Source: Eledone cirrhosa
Lineage: Eukaryota
NCBI GenBank assembly: GCA_964016885.1
Contig: OZ024750.1
Coordinates: forward strand, 15,376,001 to 15,440,000
Direction of reading: 5' to 3'
DNA: 64,000 nt
Positions 28,380 through 41,629 of this stretch are shown here, piece after piece; the stretch's first letter is position 1; each line of letters starts with the position of its first letter. The notes beneath the pieces were generated by a model. The model saw nothing but the letters and a program-made list of their open reading frames with translations. It ran no database searches and was not told the origin of the DNA. Both the position numbers and the translations under genes were made by a program.

Positions 28380-29502
28380 CAAATCTGCAGATTTTCATTT
28401 CAGAAATATGAGACAATTATATTTCACCACTACAGAAAGTATGTGGCTTCTTAAGCAAAAATAATTGCTTCAATATCTAATTTCCATTGAATAATAATAA
28501 AGTGATGAGTTCAGGCTTAGCTATGTGATCAAGAAGTTGTTCACTTTGCAAATATGTAATTCCAGTTTCAATCCCAATAGACAGTACATTTAGTATGTGT
28601 CTACCTCCACAGATTTGAATTGACTAATGCCATCATCATCATCATCTTAATTAGTAGAATTTGGTAGATGAGAACTGTGCAAACCATTTTTGTGTGTATA
28701 TATATATATATATATATATGTATAAATACATAGGGCGTCCCTAAAAAATGTATACACACTTCAATAGTAAAAAAAATACATGAAAATAAATTCTGTTTCA
28801 TATGCATTATTTAAATTTAGGGCAGTGAATTGGCAGTATCGGTAGAGGGACGGACGCCATGCTTTGACGCATAGAGTTACAGCCCTTGTCATTCTGAGTT
28901 CAAATCCCGCGGGGTCGATAAAATAAAGTACCAGTAATGTACTGGGTAATTGCTGGCCTTGTGCCAAAAAGTAGAAACAATTATTTTAATTTAGGGCGGT
29001 GAATTGGCAGTATCGGTAGAGGGTTGGACGCCATGTTTTCTAGCATAATTATGTCCCTTTACAGTCATAAATCCCACCGAGGTTAACTTTGCTTTCATCC
29101 TTACGGAGTCGATGAAATAAAGTACCAGTAATGTACTGGGATAATTGCTGGCCTTGTGCCAAAAGTAGAAACAATTATTTAAATTATGTAATTTGGATTG
29201 GCAGTATCGGTAGAGGGTCGGACACCATGCTTTGCAACATAGAGTTACGGCCCTTTACGGTTTGAGTTTAAATCCCGCTGAGGTTAACTCTGCCTTTCAT
29301 CGTTACGGGGTCGATAAAATAAAGTACCAGTAATGCACTGGGTAATTGCTGGCCTTGTGCCAAAAGTAGAAACAATTATTTAAATTATGGAAACATTTTT
29401 GGGTGTTTACATACAATTGAATTATGTCTGAAGATAATTTTAGTTTTGGGGAAAAGCTGTGCATTCTAATAAATATTGCCTTTACAGGTAATCAAAGTGT
29501 GT

Positions 29503-29549
<47 letters not shown>

Positions 29550-32500
29550 TGGTGTATATTGGTGAAGGATATAAGCATCAGTTAGAAAACTGAATAACCA
29601 GTGCTTTTGAAATGAAAACCATCACTATAATAGTTCTTGTCAGTCTCTTCATCAGGAAGGGAATGAAAAAGTGATTGACCAATTGGGAACTTATAACCAA
29701 TGGTGCTGCTGTTCACCAATTGCAATATAAAAAGATAAACTATCCACCAGTAGGGAGAACAATCGATGTGCTGTTTAACCCTTTAGCATTTAAACCGGCC
29801 ATATCCGGCCAGAATTGTCTCACCCCTTTCTATTCAAACTGGCTGTAACCAGCCACTCATAACAACATTAAGGTATTGTTCTGAAAATAAATAATATCAA
29901 AATCTCATAGATTCAATATTACGTGAGATGATTATGTGATGTAAAGCCTTTACTGTGAAAATACAATAGTATATATAGAGTAATGTACATGCTAAAGGGT
30001 TCATATGTGGGTGAGTTACACTTTGTTCTGGTTCCCCTGTTTCAGTTAAGACAGAAGAGAATGCTCAGCTATTCAGTCAAAATCCTGAACAACATTCTAA
30101 GGCATCTCTTATGCATGGTTCATCTCATCTGACTATCAGACAAGACAAACAAGATTACTTACATTAATCAAAAGACAAACTGATCAAAAAATATATTCGT
30201 TGGAAAAATTGGTTAACATCAACTACATCAAAAGACATATTTGTTGAAATATGTTCTTAGAAAAATATAAAAATACATCAAAATGTAATCTTATTAATTT
30301 TATTTTTTATCTATATATTAAAATTTTTAAATGATAAGAACAAATTATATTCTAAATGACATACATTTCAGTTAACCATGATATGATTTAATCAGTGAAG
30401 ATTATTTTGTTCAATGCTCTACAAATTTAGAATGCATATGATCAGAAAAATTCAATGGATACTAAGGTTTGACTGATACTGAATCAGTCAATCTCAATCA
30501 ATTATTATCTATATTTCCCAAAGAAACTAACAATTCTGTGACAGGAATGCCTATAAAGTGAAATTCCATTATAACGAAATTCACGGGGTATAAAAAAAAT
30601 TTGTTGTAATGAAAAATTCTTTATAATGATATCGACAGAAACAAATCGATGTTTGTTTGTTTGTTATTACCTCGGAGATTGAAAAAGGTTTCCTTATAAT
30701 GGTATTCATCATAATGGAATTTTACCTGTATCTTATAGTTACCACAAATAAATTGCCCAATCTAATGTCAAATTGTGTAGATTATATATAATCTATTAAT
30801 TCTGGTTTATATATTCTCAATTTCTTAATTTTAGAAGTGTGCAGTATTATTGTTTTATTTGTTCATAGTTTTTACCTATTTCCTTGAAAAATATGAAAAT
30901 TTCAAGGAATGTTTTGCTTTCTTCAATTAATATATTTTTGAGCATATCTTTTGATGAATGCATTTCAACTAATATGCTTTTCACTGATGTGTTTTTAATT
31001 AATGTATTTTTGAAGAATGTTCCTAGACTCAGTACCACACCACCCAGTCCCTAAGGAGACCACAACTTTTCATTGATTGACTTTTCATCATAAAATATTT
31101 CATATAATGATTTTTTTATCAAAATGGCTTATAACTGAAATGACTTTTCATTGAATGACTTTTCATAGAATAATTTTATAAAATAATTTCTAAAATATTT
31201 TTTCATTGAATAGTTTTTCATAGAATCATATTGTAAAATAATTTTAGCAATAGAACAATTTTAGAACTAGAACTATTTCTAGTATAAAATAGAAATAGAA
31301 TTTCCATTTGAAAATTTAATTAAAAAAATACAACACTTTTAGTTCATCAGTATTTTGTTTACAACATCCAAATGACTTTTGTTCATAACTAATTTTCATA
31401 AGGTAATTTTCATTTTACATGGAACCAAATTCCTGTGTGATTACAAGTTAGTAGCCTGTTGATATTCAGATGGTTCTAATATTTTACAAGAATTAGTTTC
31501 TATTAAATACTGTAAACAAAGTAAAAGGAATACTCAGGAATCAGTTGCTAAATAAAAAAAATTATACATGTTAAAAGGAAGTACTACATGTTAAAAGGAA
31601 GTACAACATATTAAAAGGAAGTACTACATGTTAAAAGGAGGTACTACATGCCAAAATAAATGTATCACAGAAAAAATAATGTAAAATCAACAAAATATAT
31701 AGTAATGTAAAATAAACAAGAATATGTGTGCACCAAACATTTCTGAAGTTCTTTTACAGTTTTCTTATAAATTAATATTTACAGCACACACTGTAAATTC
31801 CTTTCTTTAACATATTAATATGATAAAACTATAGAAATAAAGCAGAATCAATGATCATGTAGTGAGTAGGTAATCTGCATAAACATACATTGTGTTGATG
31901 TCATAAATAACACTTGAACACCAAAAGTATCTTAATCATAAAGGAGGTTATTTGTAGAATTTTGAGAGATTAGCATAGGAATATTCATGTTATAGGAAAG
32001 AAAATAGAAACACGTGGAAATATGTGTCAAAATAATTGTTTCTACTTTTGGCACAAGGCCAGCAATTATCTCAGTGCATTACTGGTACTTTATTTTATTG
32101 ACCCCGTAAGGATGAAAGGCAAAGTTAACCTTGGTGGGATTTGAACTCAGGCCGTAAAGGGCCGTAACTATATGCTACAAAGCATGGCGTCCAACCCTCT
32201 ACTGATACTCCCAAGTCAAAATAATTGTTTCTACTTTAGGCACAAGGCCAGCAATTACCCAATGCATTACTGGTACTTTATTTTATCGACCCCGTAAGGA
32301 TGAAAGGCAAAGTCAACCTCGGCGGGATTTGAACTCACATCGTAAAGGGACGTAACTATGCTGGAAAGCATGGCGTCCGACCCTCTACCGATACTGCCAA
32401 TCCACCCAAGTCAAAATAATGTTTATATGTCAGATAGTCTTTGCTATGGCAAAATTATAAACTGGATTTAGAAAAAATCTATTTTGATGTCCATTTAACA

Positions 32501-33444
32501 CCTTCTTAAACCATTTAAATGCACAACAGCTGGCTTGTTATACAATTCTTCTAAGTTTAAATTATGTTTGTCAGAGTGCTAACCTTTTCAAGCTCACATC
32601 TGCCGGCATCATTATCACTAATTGCTACATAAATCTATTCCAACAGAACATTCTCTTGTCAATATATTCTTCTAAGAGTGTGGCTGCTAGAATGATACAT
32701 AATATAGAATACTTATAACCATTCTAACCGAAAGTAGAAAAGTTATATATAATTTAACTGACTTAAAGTAAAGAAGAAAATAATTTCTAATTTAGGCACA
32801 AGGCCGGCAATTTTAGCGGGAAAGAAAACGTTGCGCATATCAACCTTAGAAGGCTGAAAGGCAAAGTTGACCTCGTGTGTGTCTATGTTCCTCCATTTTT
32901 TCCTATCGTCTGCAAACCCTTCTCCCACACCTTAGTTTTCATTTTCTCCTCTATCACTTCTGGTCTTCCCCTTCCTCTACTTCCTTCCACCCAATAACCT
33001 TTTATCCTTTCTCAACACATGTCCCTAACATCTCATTTTATTTTCCTTCCCAACATTCATCACTGGTTCTATTCCAACCATCCCAGCAAATCATTGTTTG
33101 TCTTCATCTCTCTCAGCAATACTCCTCTCATCCACCAGACCATTCTCATTTCTGTTCTTTCCAGATTCATCAGACATCTCTTACTTCCATAAATTATGGC
33201 TCTTTTCATACATGTAGCATACACTTTTCCATTCAGTTTTAGTGACAGTCCCCTCCTCATTAGCACACCACTCAGTTACAAAAACTTTTTCTACACACAT
33301 CTCACACTAGATACTATCACAGAGTCTGATCCACTTTCTCCATTCAACATGTCTCTGAAGCAACAAAATGTTGGAATAAAGAATAAAATAAAGAATTCCT
33401 AAACAGAAATGAATGCTAGAATCAAAGAAACAAAAATAACTTAC

Positions 33445-33559
33445 CAATAAAAGCATGCAACTGCCCATCTTCAGTATAAGTATCCACAAGAACTCCTCCA
33501 AGTTTTACGTAATTGTTGAAAACTATATCATTTGACCATTTGATTTCAATGTTAATATT
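33445..33559 (-). CDS. HLCS: HLCS coding exon 6 (KWxND / KLGGVL motifs)
   Basis: TTTCAG|NINIEIKWSNDIVFNNYVKLGGVLVDTYTEDGQLHAFI(G)|GTAAGT. 115 nt, phase 0/1. Confidence 0.93.
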
Positions 33560-35022
33560 CTGAAAAATATATGAATTTTCTTATATATTTATTGATTAAT
33601 TTATTTATCGATCAAACAACAAGATCCCAGATCTCATTTGCTTACTGTGTTGGGTGGAACTCGTCAAATCAGAACAAGGAAACAATGTTTCCATTCGTCT
33701 TTCCATTGCTGATATTATCTACAGGTTGGAAATCCAAGCAACTTCTTATATATAGATCAGTAAATAATCCATCAGGTGGCAAATTGGCAGAGTCGTTAGA
33801 ACGTCAGATAGAATGCTTTATGGTATTTGTTCCGGCTTTCTGCTCTCAAAGTTCAAATCCCACCGAGATTAGCTTTGCCTTTCGTCCTTACGGGGGTCAA
33901 TAAAATAAAGTACCAGTCACGCACTGGGGTCGATTTAATCGACTTTCCCCCTCCCCTAAAATTGCTGGCCTTGTGCCAATATTATATCAGCTGTCACACA
34001 TGAAGCTACCCTCCTCTTCTTTTGTTAAGTTGTCTATTTTACCACAACATATCACCATTCCTCTTGAGTGACTACCATTGCAGCTTTTGTCTTGACGTCT
34101 TCTACACCATCTTATTATGCTCGTTAAAACCAATCAAAATGTTCTTCTCATAGTCATTCTGTGTCTACGTATGTCTCCACATCTAACTTTCCGACATTTA
34201 AATATTTTACATTTAATTCTATACAAGTAAGTTTTGTTTTCACCTTAATACTCCAAGCTCAGTGTTTGACTATTTTATCAGGTGACCCCAAATGGGCCAG
34301 CAGTATCATTGATAGGGGTAAAAAATGTATAAAATAATAAAACCAGAACATACATACATACATGCATACATATGTACCCTTAGACACACACACACACACA
34401 CACACACACTCCTCACCACTCACATATACACACATACAAACAAATATAGATACATTCATACACACCAGGCACACCCACACACACACACACACTCCTCACC
34501 ACTCACATATACACACATACAAACAAATATAGATACATTCATACACACCAGGCACACCCACACACATACATACATACATGCATACATGCATGCATGTACA
34601 CACATACACATACATACCTACATTCATACATGCATGAATTAACTCACAAACATACACACATTTTTGTGAATTCTGATTGATTTTTAAGATATTTCAATTA
34701 TTAAGAAAGCTTAAGGATTAGTTTTTTTTTAGGATATGAGGAAGTGTGTAACATGTTTAATCAGCTATAAAGATAATTGTTTCTGATAATGGCAATATAA
34801 ATGATTCAAGATCATGGTTCACTAAACAAATCAAACCTGCTTATAAACTGATACATTTAAAAATTAACAAAACAGTTGTAACAGTAACAGTCATTTTTGT
34901 GTCATCTATTCCATATATTAGATACAAATCAGTCGTCATCATCATCATCGTTTATATGTCTGCTTTCCATGTTGGCACTTCCACCCTCACCACTCTTTCT
35001 CTGTGAAGTTACCAAAGAACAT

Positions 35023-36174
35023 CCAGTCCACGCTGTAAAGTGGTCATTCATGTAGGTGTCTCGACAAAAAGGCTCCCAGTCCAGACTGTAAAGTGGTCGT
35101 GTAGGAAACACAGTAAAAAGGCTCCCAGTCCACACTGTAAAGTGGTCATGTAGGTGTCTCGACAAAAAGGCTCCCAGTCCACACTGTAAAGTGGTCGTGT
35201 AGGAAACACAGTAAAAAGGCTCCCAGTCCACGCTGTAAAGTGGTCGTGTAGGAAACACAGTAAAAAGGCTCCCAGTCCACACTGTAAAATGGTTGTGTAG
35301 GAAACACAGTAAAAAGGCTCCCAGTCCACACTGTAAAGTGGTCATGTAGGAAACACAGTAAAAAGGCTCCCAGTCCACACTGTAAAGTGGTCATGTAGGA
35401 AACACAGTAAAAAGGCTCCCAGTCCACGCTGTAAAATGGTCGTGTAGGAAACACAGTAAAAAGGCCCCCAGTCCACACTGTAAAGTGGTCATGTAGGAAA
35501 CACAGTAAAAAGGCTCCCAGTCCACACTGTAAAATGGTCGTGTAGGAAACACAGTAAAAAGGCTCCCAGTCCACGCTGTAAAGTGGTCATGTAGGAAACA
35601 CAGTAAAAAGGCTCCCAGTCCACACTGTAAAATGGTCGTGTAGGAAACACAGTAAAAAGGCTCCCAGTCCACGCTGTAAAATGGTCGTGTAGGAAACACA
35701 GTAAAAAGGCCCCCAGTCCACACTGTAAAGTGGTCATGTAGGAAACACAGTAAAAAGGCTCCCAGTCCACACTGTAAAATGGTCGTGTAGGAAACACAGT
35801 AAAAAGGCTCCCAGTCCACGCTGTAAAATGGTCGTGTAGGAAACACAGTAAAAAGGCCCCCAGTCCACACTGTAAAATGGTCATGTAGGAAACACAGTAA
35901 AAAGGCTCCCAGTCCACGCTGTAAAGTGGTCGTGTAGGAAACACAGTAAAAAGGCCCCCAGTCCACACTGTAAAATGGTCATGTAGGAAACACAGTAAAA
36001 AGGCTCCCAGTCCACGCTGTAAAATGGTCGTGTAGGAAACACAGTAAAAAGGCCCCCAGTCCACACTGTAAAATGGTCATGTAGGAAACACAGTAAAAAG
36101 GCTCCCAGTCCACGCTGTAAAGTGGTCGTGTAGGAAACACAGTAAAAAGGCTCCCAGTCCACGCTGTAAAGTGG
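35023..36174 (+). repeat. 49-bp minisatellite, about 23 copies, derived from SINE internal sequence
   Basis: Unit CACTGTAAAGTGGTCGTGTAGGAAACACAGTAAAAAGGCTCCCAGTCCA. It runs into GGTTGGTGTTAGGAAGGGCATCCAGC, as in the SINEs at 22290-22400 and 51360-51460. Confidence 0.92.
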
Positions 36175-36750
36175 TTGGTGTTAGGAAGGGCATCCAGCCA
36201 TAGAAAACCTGCCAGATACAGTTCTATATGAGCGAGACAAGGCCATCAATTACCCAGTACATTACTGGTTCTTTATTTTATCAACCCCCGTGAGGATGAA
36301 AGGCAAAGTTGACCTCAGCGGGATTTGAACTCTGACCGTAAAGGGCCGTAACTCTATGCTGCAAAGCATGGCCGCCGACTCTCTACCGATACTGCCAATC
36401 CACCGCCCTTATAATTAATGTTTGTCATCTTTCTTTAACAATAACAACAATGATGGTGACGATGATGATGCTACTACCACCATCATCATCATCATCATTA
36501 ACATCGTCAACATTTTTATGTTTACTTTTCCATGGATGGGATGTTCTGAGACAATGTTTTACATCTGGTTGCCCTTATGACATGAATTCTAAAAACCAAG
36601 ATAACAACTATCAAACTGCCATTATTCGGGCATTCAAATCCCGCCGAAGTTAACTTTGCTTTTCATCCTTACGGGGTCGATAAAATAAAGTAGCAGTAAT
36701 ACACTGAGATAATTGCTGGCCTTGTGCCAAAGAGTAGAAACAATTATTAT

Positions 36751-38506
36751 GAACACATTAGGGCGGTAGATTGGCAGTATCAGTAGAGGGTCGGCAGCAT
36801 AGAGTTATGCCCCTTTACGGTCTGAGTTCAAGTCCCACCGAGGTTAACTTTGCGTTTCATCCTTACAGGGTCGATAAAATAAAGTACCAGTAATGCACTG
36901 AGATAATTGCTGGCCTTGTGCCAAAGAGTAGAAACAATTATTATGAACACATTAGGGCGGTAGATTGGCAGTATCAGTAGAGGGTCGGCAGCATAGAGTT
37001 ATGCCCCTTTACGGTCTGAGTTCAAGTCCCACCGAGGTTAACTTTGCGTTTCATCCTTACAGGGTCGATAAAATAAAGTACCAGTAATGCACTGAGATAA
37101 TTGCTGGCCTTGTGCCAAAGAGTAGAAACAATTATTATGAACACATTAGGGCGGTAGATTGGCAGTATCAGTAGAGGGTCGGCAGCATAGAGTTATGCCC
37201 CTTTACGGTCTGAGTTCAAGTCCCACCGAGGTTAACTTTGCATTTCATCCTTACAGGGTCGATAAAATAAAGTACCAGTAATGCACTGAGATAATTGCTG
37301 GCCTTGTGCCAAAGAGTAGAAACAATTATTATGAACACATTAGGGCGGTAGATTGGCAGTATCAGTAGAGGGTCGGCAGCATAGAGTTATGCCCCTTTAC
37401 GGTCTGAGTTCAAGTCCCACCGAGGTTAACTTTGCGTTTCATCCTTACAGGGTCGATAAAATAAAGTACCAGTAATGCACTGAGATAATTGCTGGCCTTG
37501 TGCCAAAGAGTAGAAACAATTATTATGAACACATTAGGGCGGTAGATTGGCAGTATCAGTAGAGGGTCGGCAGCATAGAGTTATGCCCCTTTACGGTCTG
37601 AGTTCAAGTCCCACCGAGGTTAACTTTGCGTTTCATCCTTACAGGGTCGATAAAATAAAGTACCAGTAATGCACTGAGATAATTGCTGGCCTTGTGCCAA
37701 AGAGTAGAAACAATTATTATGAACACATTAGGGCGGTAGATTGGCAGTATCAGTAGAGGGTCGGCAGCATAGAGTTATGCCCCTTTACGGTCTGAGTTCA
37801 AGTCCCACCGAGGTTAACTTTGCGTTTCATCCTTACAGGGTCGATAAAATAAAGTACCAGTAATGCACTGAGATAATTGCTGGCCTTGTGCCAAAGAGTA
37901 GAAACAATTATTATGAACACATTAGGGCGGTAGATTGGCAGTATCAGTAGAGGGTCGGCAGCATAGAGTTATGCCCCTTTACGGTCTGAGTTCAAGTCCC
38001 ACCGAGGTTAACTTTGCGTTTCATCCTTACAGGGTCGATAAAATAAAGTACCAGTAATGCACTGAGATAATTGCTGGCCTTGTGCCAAAGAGTAGAAACA
38101 ATTATTATGAACACATTAGGGCGGTAGATTGGCAGTATCAGTAGAGGGTCGGCAGCATAGAGTTATGCTCCTTTACGGTCTGAGTTCAAGTCCCACCGAG
38201 GTTAACTTTGCGTTTCATCCTTACAGGGTCGATAAAATAAAGTACCAGTAATGCACTGAGATAATTGCTGGCCTTGTGCCAAAGAGTAGAAACAATTATT
38301 ATGAACACATTAGGGCGGTAGATTGGCAGTATCAGTAGAGGGTCGGCAGCATAGAGTTATGCCCCTTTACGGTCTGAGTTCAAGTCCCACCGAGGTTAAC
38401 TTTGCGTTTCATCCTTACAGGGTCGATAAAATAAAGTACCAGTAATGCACTGAGATAATTGCTGGCCTTGTGCCAAAGAGTAGAAACAATTATTATGAAC
38501 ACATTA
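36751..38506 (+). repeat. Tandem array of 9 x 194-bp tRNA-SINE units
   Basis: GAACACATTA recurs at 36751, 36945, 37139 ... 38497. Each unit is a SINE (TGGCAGTATCAG, GTTCAAGTCC) plus a short flank. Confidence 0.95.
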
Positions 38507-38540
38507 TTCTAAGATTTATGGAATGAAAGAATTAACTGAC

Positions 38541-38701
38541 CTCATATCCAACCAACTGCCGTACACTGAGTATCATAGCAAGACCACAGAAATGTTGTAA
38601 AAATGTAGGTGCTTGACCAAGTACACTGGTTTCATTCAAGCAGACGTGAAGTGTAAACATTGCACAACCAGGAGGGCTGAGCCATTGATTTCCTCCACGA
38701 C
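38541..38701 (-). CDS. HLCS: HLCS coding exon 5 (GRGGNxWLSP biotin-binding loop)
   Basis: TTGTAG|GRGGNQWLSPPGCAMFTLHVCLNETSVLGQAPTFLQHFCGLAMILSVRQLVGYE|GTCAGT. 161 nt, phase 1/0. Confidence 0.95.
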
Positions 38702-38817
38702 CTACAAAATAAAGAAACTCTATTAATCACAAATAATATTATAATCATCATCATTGACACTAGCTAGCATCATCATTATCACCTGTTACATACAGACTAG
38801 CTACAAATCAAAGAGAT

Positions 38818-39027
38818 CTTATCTAGTCATCTGGTTCCTCTAGTCTTACAGCTACGCCCCCCACCCCACCCCCGGCCGGCTATTATCTGATCATCTGGTT
38901 CCTCTAGTCTCATAGCAATGTACCCGCCCCCTTGCTATTATTTGGTCATCTGGATCCTCTAGCCTCACACCAATGAGCCACTCTTGCTATTATCTGGTCA
39001 TCTGGTTCGTCTAGTCTCACAGCAATG
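38818..39027. repeat. Four imperfect tandem copies of TTATCTGGTCATCTGGTTCCTCTAGTCTCACAGCAATG
   Basis: Copies start near 38819, 38883, 38938 and 38990. Confidence 0.8.
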
Positions 39028-39137
39028 CCAGAAGTGCTAAACTTATACAATTATATTGATAAAGTTTATAATAGACTGACACTGACACGCTCTCATAACC
39101 ATTTAATGTGATGAATGTTGCCATAGCCATATGTGAA

Positions 39138-39531
39138 GGAGCATGGCTTAGTGGTTAGAGCATTGGGCTTGCAATCGTAAGGTTGTGAGTTCGATTCTCG
39201 GACTGGGTGATGCGTTGTTTCCTTGAGCAAGACACTTTATTTCACGTTACTCCAGTTCACTCAGTTGTAGAAATGAGATGTGACGTCACTGGTGTCAAGC
39301 TGTATCGGCCATTGCCTTTTGCCTTGGACATCATCGATGGCATAGACCTTCGACATCATCGATGGCGTGGACCTTCGACATCATCGGTGGCGTGGAGAGG
39401 GGAGGGGAGGCTGGTATGCATGGGTGACTGCTGGTCTTCCACAAAACAACCTTGTCCGGACTTGTGCCTTGGAGGGAAACTTTCTGGGTGAAAATCCCAT
39501 GGTCATTAGTGACTGAAGGGGGTCTTTACCC
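39138..39531 (+). mobile_element. CORE-type tRNA SINE (relatives at 9925-10080 -, 22218-22455 +, 51190-51532 +, 7085-7395 -, 43405-43740 +)
   Basis: tRNA head TGGCTTAGTGGTTAGAGC...GAGTTCGATTC, followed by CORE-like CCTTGAGCAAGACACTTTATTTCAC...CCAGTT. Confidence 0.8.
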
Positions 39532-40092
39532 AGTGGCCATAGCACTAGGTCATGATGAAAATGTGTTGGATAATAGGAAAATAATTTTTTTTAAATTTAG
39601 AAAAAAAATATAAAATGAAATGAATAATTGTTTCTACTTTTGGCACAAGGCCAGCAAATACCCAGTGTATTACTGGTACTTTATTTTATCGACCCCGTAA
39701 GGATGAAAGGCAAAGTTAACCTCGGCGGGATTTGAACTCAGAACGTAAAGGGACGTAACTATGCTAGAAAGCATGGCATCCAACCCTCTACCAATACTGC
39801 CAATTCACTGAATGGTTTCTTATATAGACACAAAGCCAGCAATTTTGGCAGGAGGGGAAAGTTGATTAAATCAACCCCAGTGCGTGACTGGTATTTTATT
39901 TTATCGACCCCATAAGGATGAAAGGCAAAGTTAATCTCGGTTTGGATTTGAACTCAGATCATAAAGGGCCGTAACTCTATGCTGCAAAGCATGGCATCCA
40001 ACCCTCTATCGATACTGCCAATCCACCAACCTTATACAATGAAATAAATAATGAAAATCATCATTAAAATAAATATAAGCAGAGATCCAGAC

Positions 40093-40160
40093 CTTTGCCA
40101 CTTGTCTGCCTCCCAGCAATGGCTACTAAACCACCATGTTGGTAATTCTTTGTAACTAGA
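40093..40160 (-). CDS. HLCS: HLCS coding exon 4
   Basis: TCTAG|(P)LVTKNYQHGGLVAIAGRQTSGK(G)|GTCTGG. Contains the biotin-ligase RQTxGKG motif. 68 nt, phase 2/1. Confidence 0.9.
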
Positions 40161-41333
40161 CTAGATATAAAGTAATAGAAAAAAACAAAATCAGACAATA
40201 TATGGAAAGCACAATCATTAAAAATTAGCTGTCAAATAAAGATTACATGATGTTGTTATAGCAACAGTTTCTAACAAGAGGGGGGGTGCAAGGCCAGCAA
40301 TTTGTGGGGACAGGAAGTCAATTAGATTAACCCCAGTACTTAAATAACATTTTATTTTATTGACCCCCTCCACCCATAAAGATGAAAAACAAAGTTGATC
40401 TCAGCAGGATTTGAACTCAAAAAGTAAAAATTATGGCAAAGAATTTTATCTATTGCTCTAACAATTCTGCCAATTCCCTGCCCATGATGGGGAGAAAAAT
40501 GTGTTCAAAATGATGCCAATGTGGAGAATGAGAAAGAGGAAAAGAGAAACTAACCCCAGTTGACTTAACAGAGGGACCAACTACTGAAATTGACAATTAT
40601 AGAGATGAAGAAGCAAAAGAGGAGACAATAAATGATAAATCCACTGAACCTTCAGAGATAGTCACTGAGATGCTGAAACTGTTTGGAGAAGTAAAAGCTG
40701 AACTAGTTACCAGCATAGTTATTGTGGTAATACAGGAGGGAGTCATACCTAATGGTTAGCATAGCAGTATAATCATTAATCATAACAGGAAAAGGTGATG
40801 CTCTAGAAAAGATCAACTACAGATGCATAAAACTAATGGATTAAGTTATATAAATACCAAAAAATCCAGACATGGTACCAAATATACAGAAAAGTCAAAT
40901 TAAGGAAAAATAGTACCAAATTTGTACAAATGTACCAACTTTGGCAGCGCTGTGTGGTGCCCTAGCATGGCTGCAGTCTAATAACTGAAACCAGTAAAAC
41001 AGTTCTAGGGGTCAAAATGATTGATTAAATCAAGGTGGTGCCCTAGTTGGCCACTATCTAATGATTCAAACAAGTAAAAGAATAAACGAATAAAAAATAT
41101 TTCATCTACTTTTCCATAAAACAGATTACAACAAAAATAACCCCAAAAGATTATAATATGACAAGGTGACCAACAATTACAACAATCTCACAACCATTCT
41201 CTCAATTACTATCACAAGGTGACCAACAATCTCACAACCATTCTCTCAGTTATACAGTGTTTACTACTATTACAGAAGCAACAGCAACAACAACTACACC
41301 AACAGAAATTTTAAAAATGTTGAGAACACTTAC

Positions 41334-41629
41334 GGATAAAGAAGTGGCATAGTTGATGGTACAACATCAACATATAGAACCAACTGTCCAAGAGCTTTGG
41401 TTTCAAGGTTTTTCCAATACACCTGAGGTTCAAAGTACTGGAACTGGACATTTTTTATTTGCTTGTCTTCTTTTTTCTCTTGAGTAATAACAGGAAGGCA
41501 CTGAGCTGAAACTGGGTACATAACATCTTTGTTGCTTTCAACTAATTGGAGAGATACTGAGGTTCCAATCACTAAATTATTGCCATGTAACTTATGGGAC
41601 AAAGTATGCAAAAATTCTTTCTTGCGGTT
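41334..41629 (-). CDS. HLCS: HLCS coding exon 3
   Basis: TTCCAG|NRKKEFLHTL...YFEPQVYWKNLETKALGQLVLYVDVVPSTMPLLY|GTAAGT. Matches HLCS [29 protein letters not shown]. 296 nt, phase 0/2. Confidence 0.93.

Noticed and set aside
30847-31038. 63-aa ORF
   Set aside because: No recognisable homology, and it adjoins low-complexity TTTTCAT repeats.
34929-36162. Repetitive ORFs / possible CRISPR-like array
   Set aside because: A 49-bp SINE-derived minisatellite with no unique spacers, in eukaryotic DNA with no cas genes.
39138-39210. tRNA gene
   Set aside because: The tRNA-like head continues into a SINE body. There is no acceptor stem or Pol III terminator.
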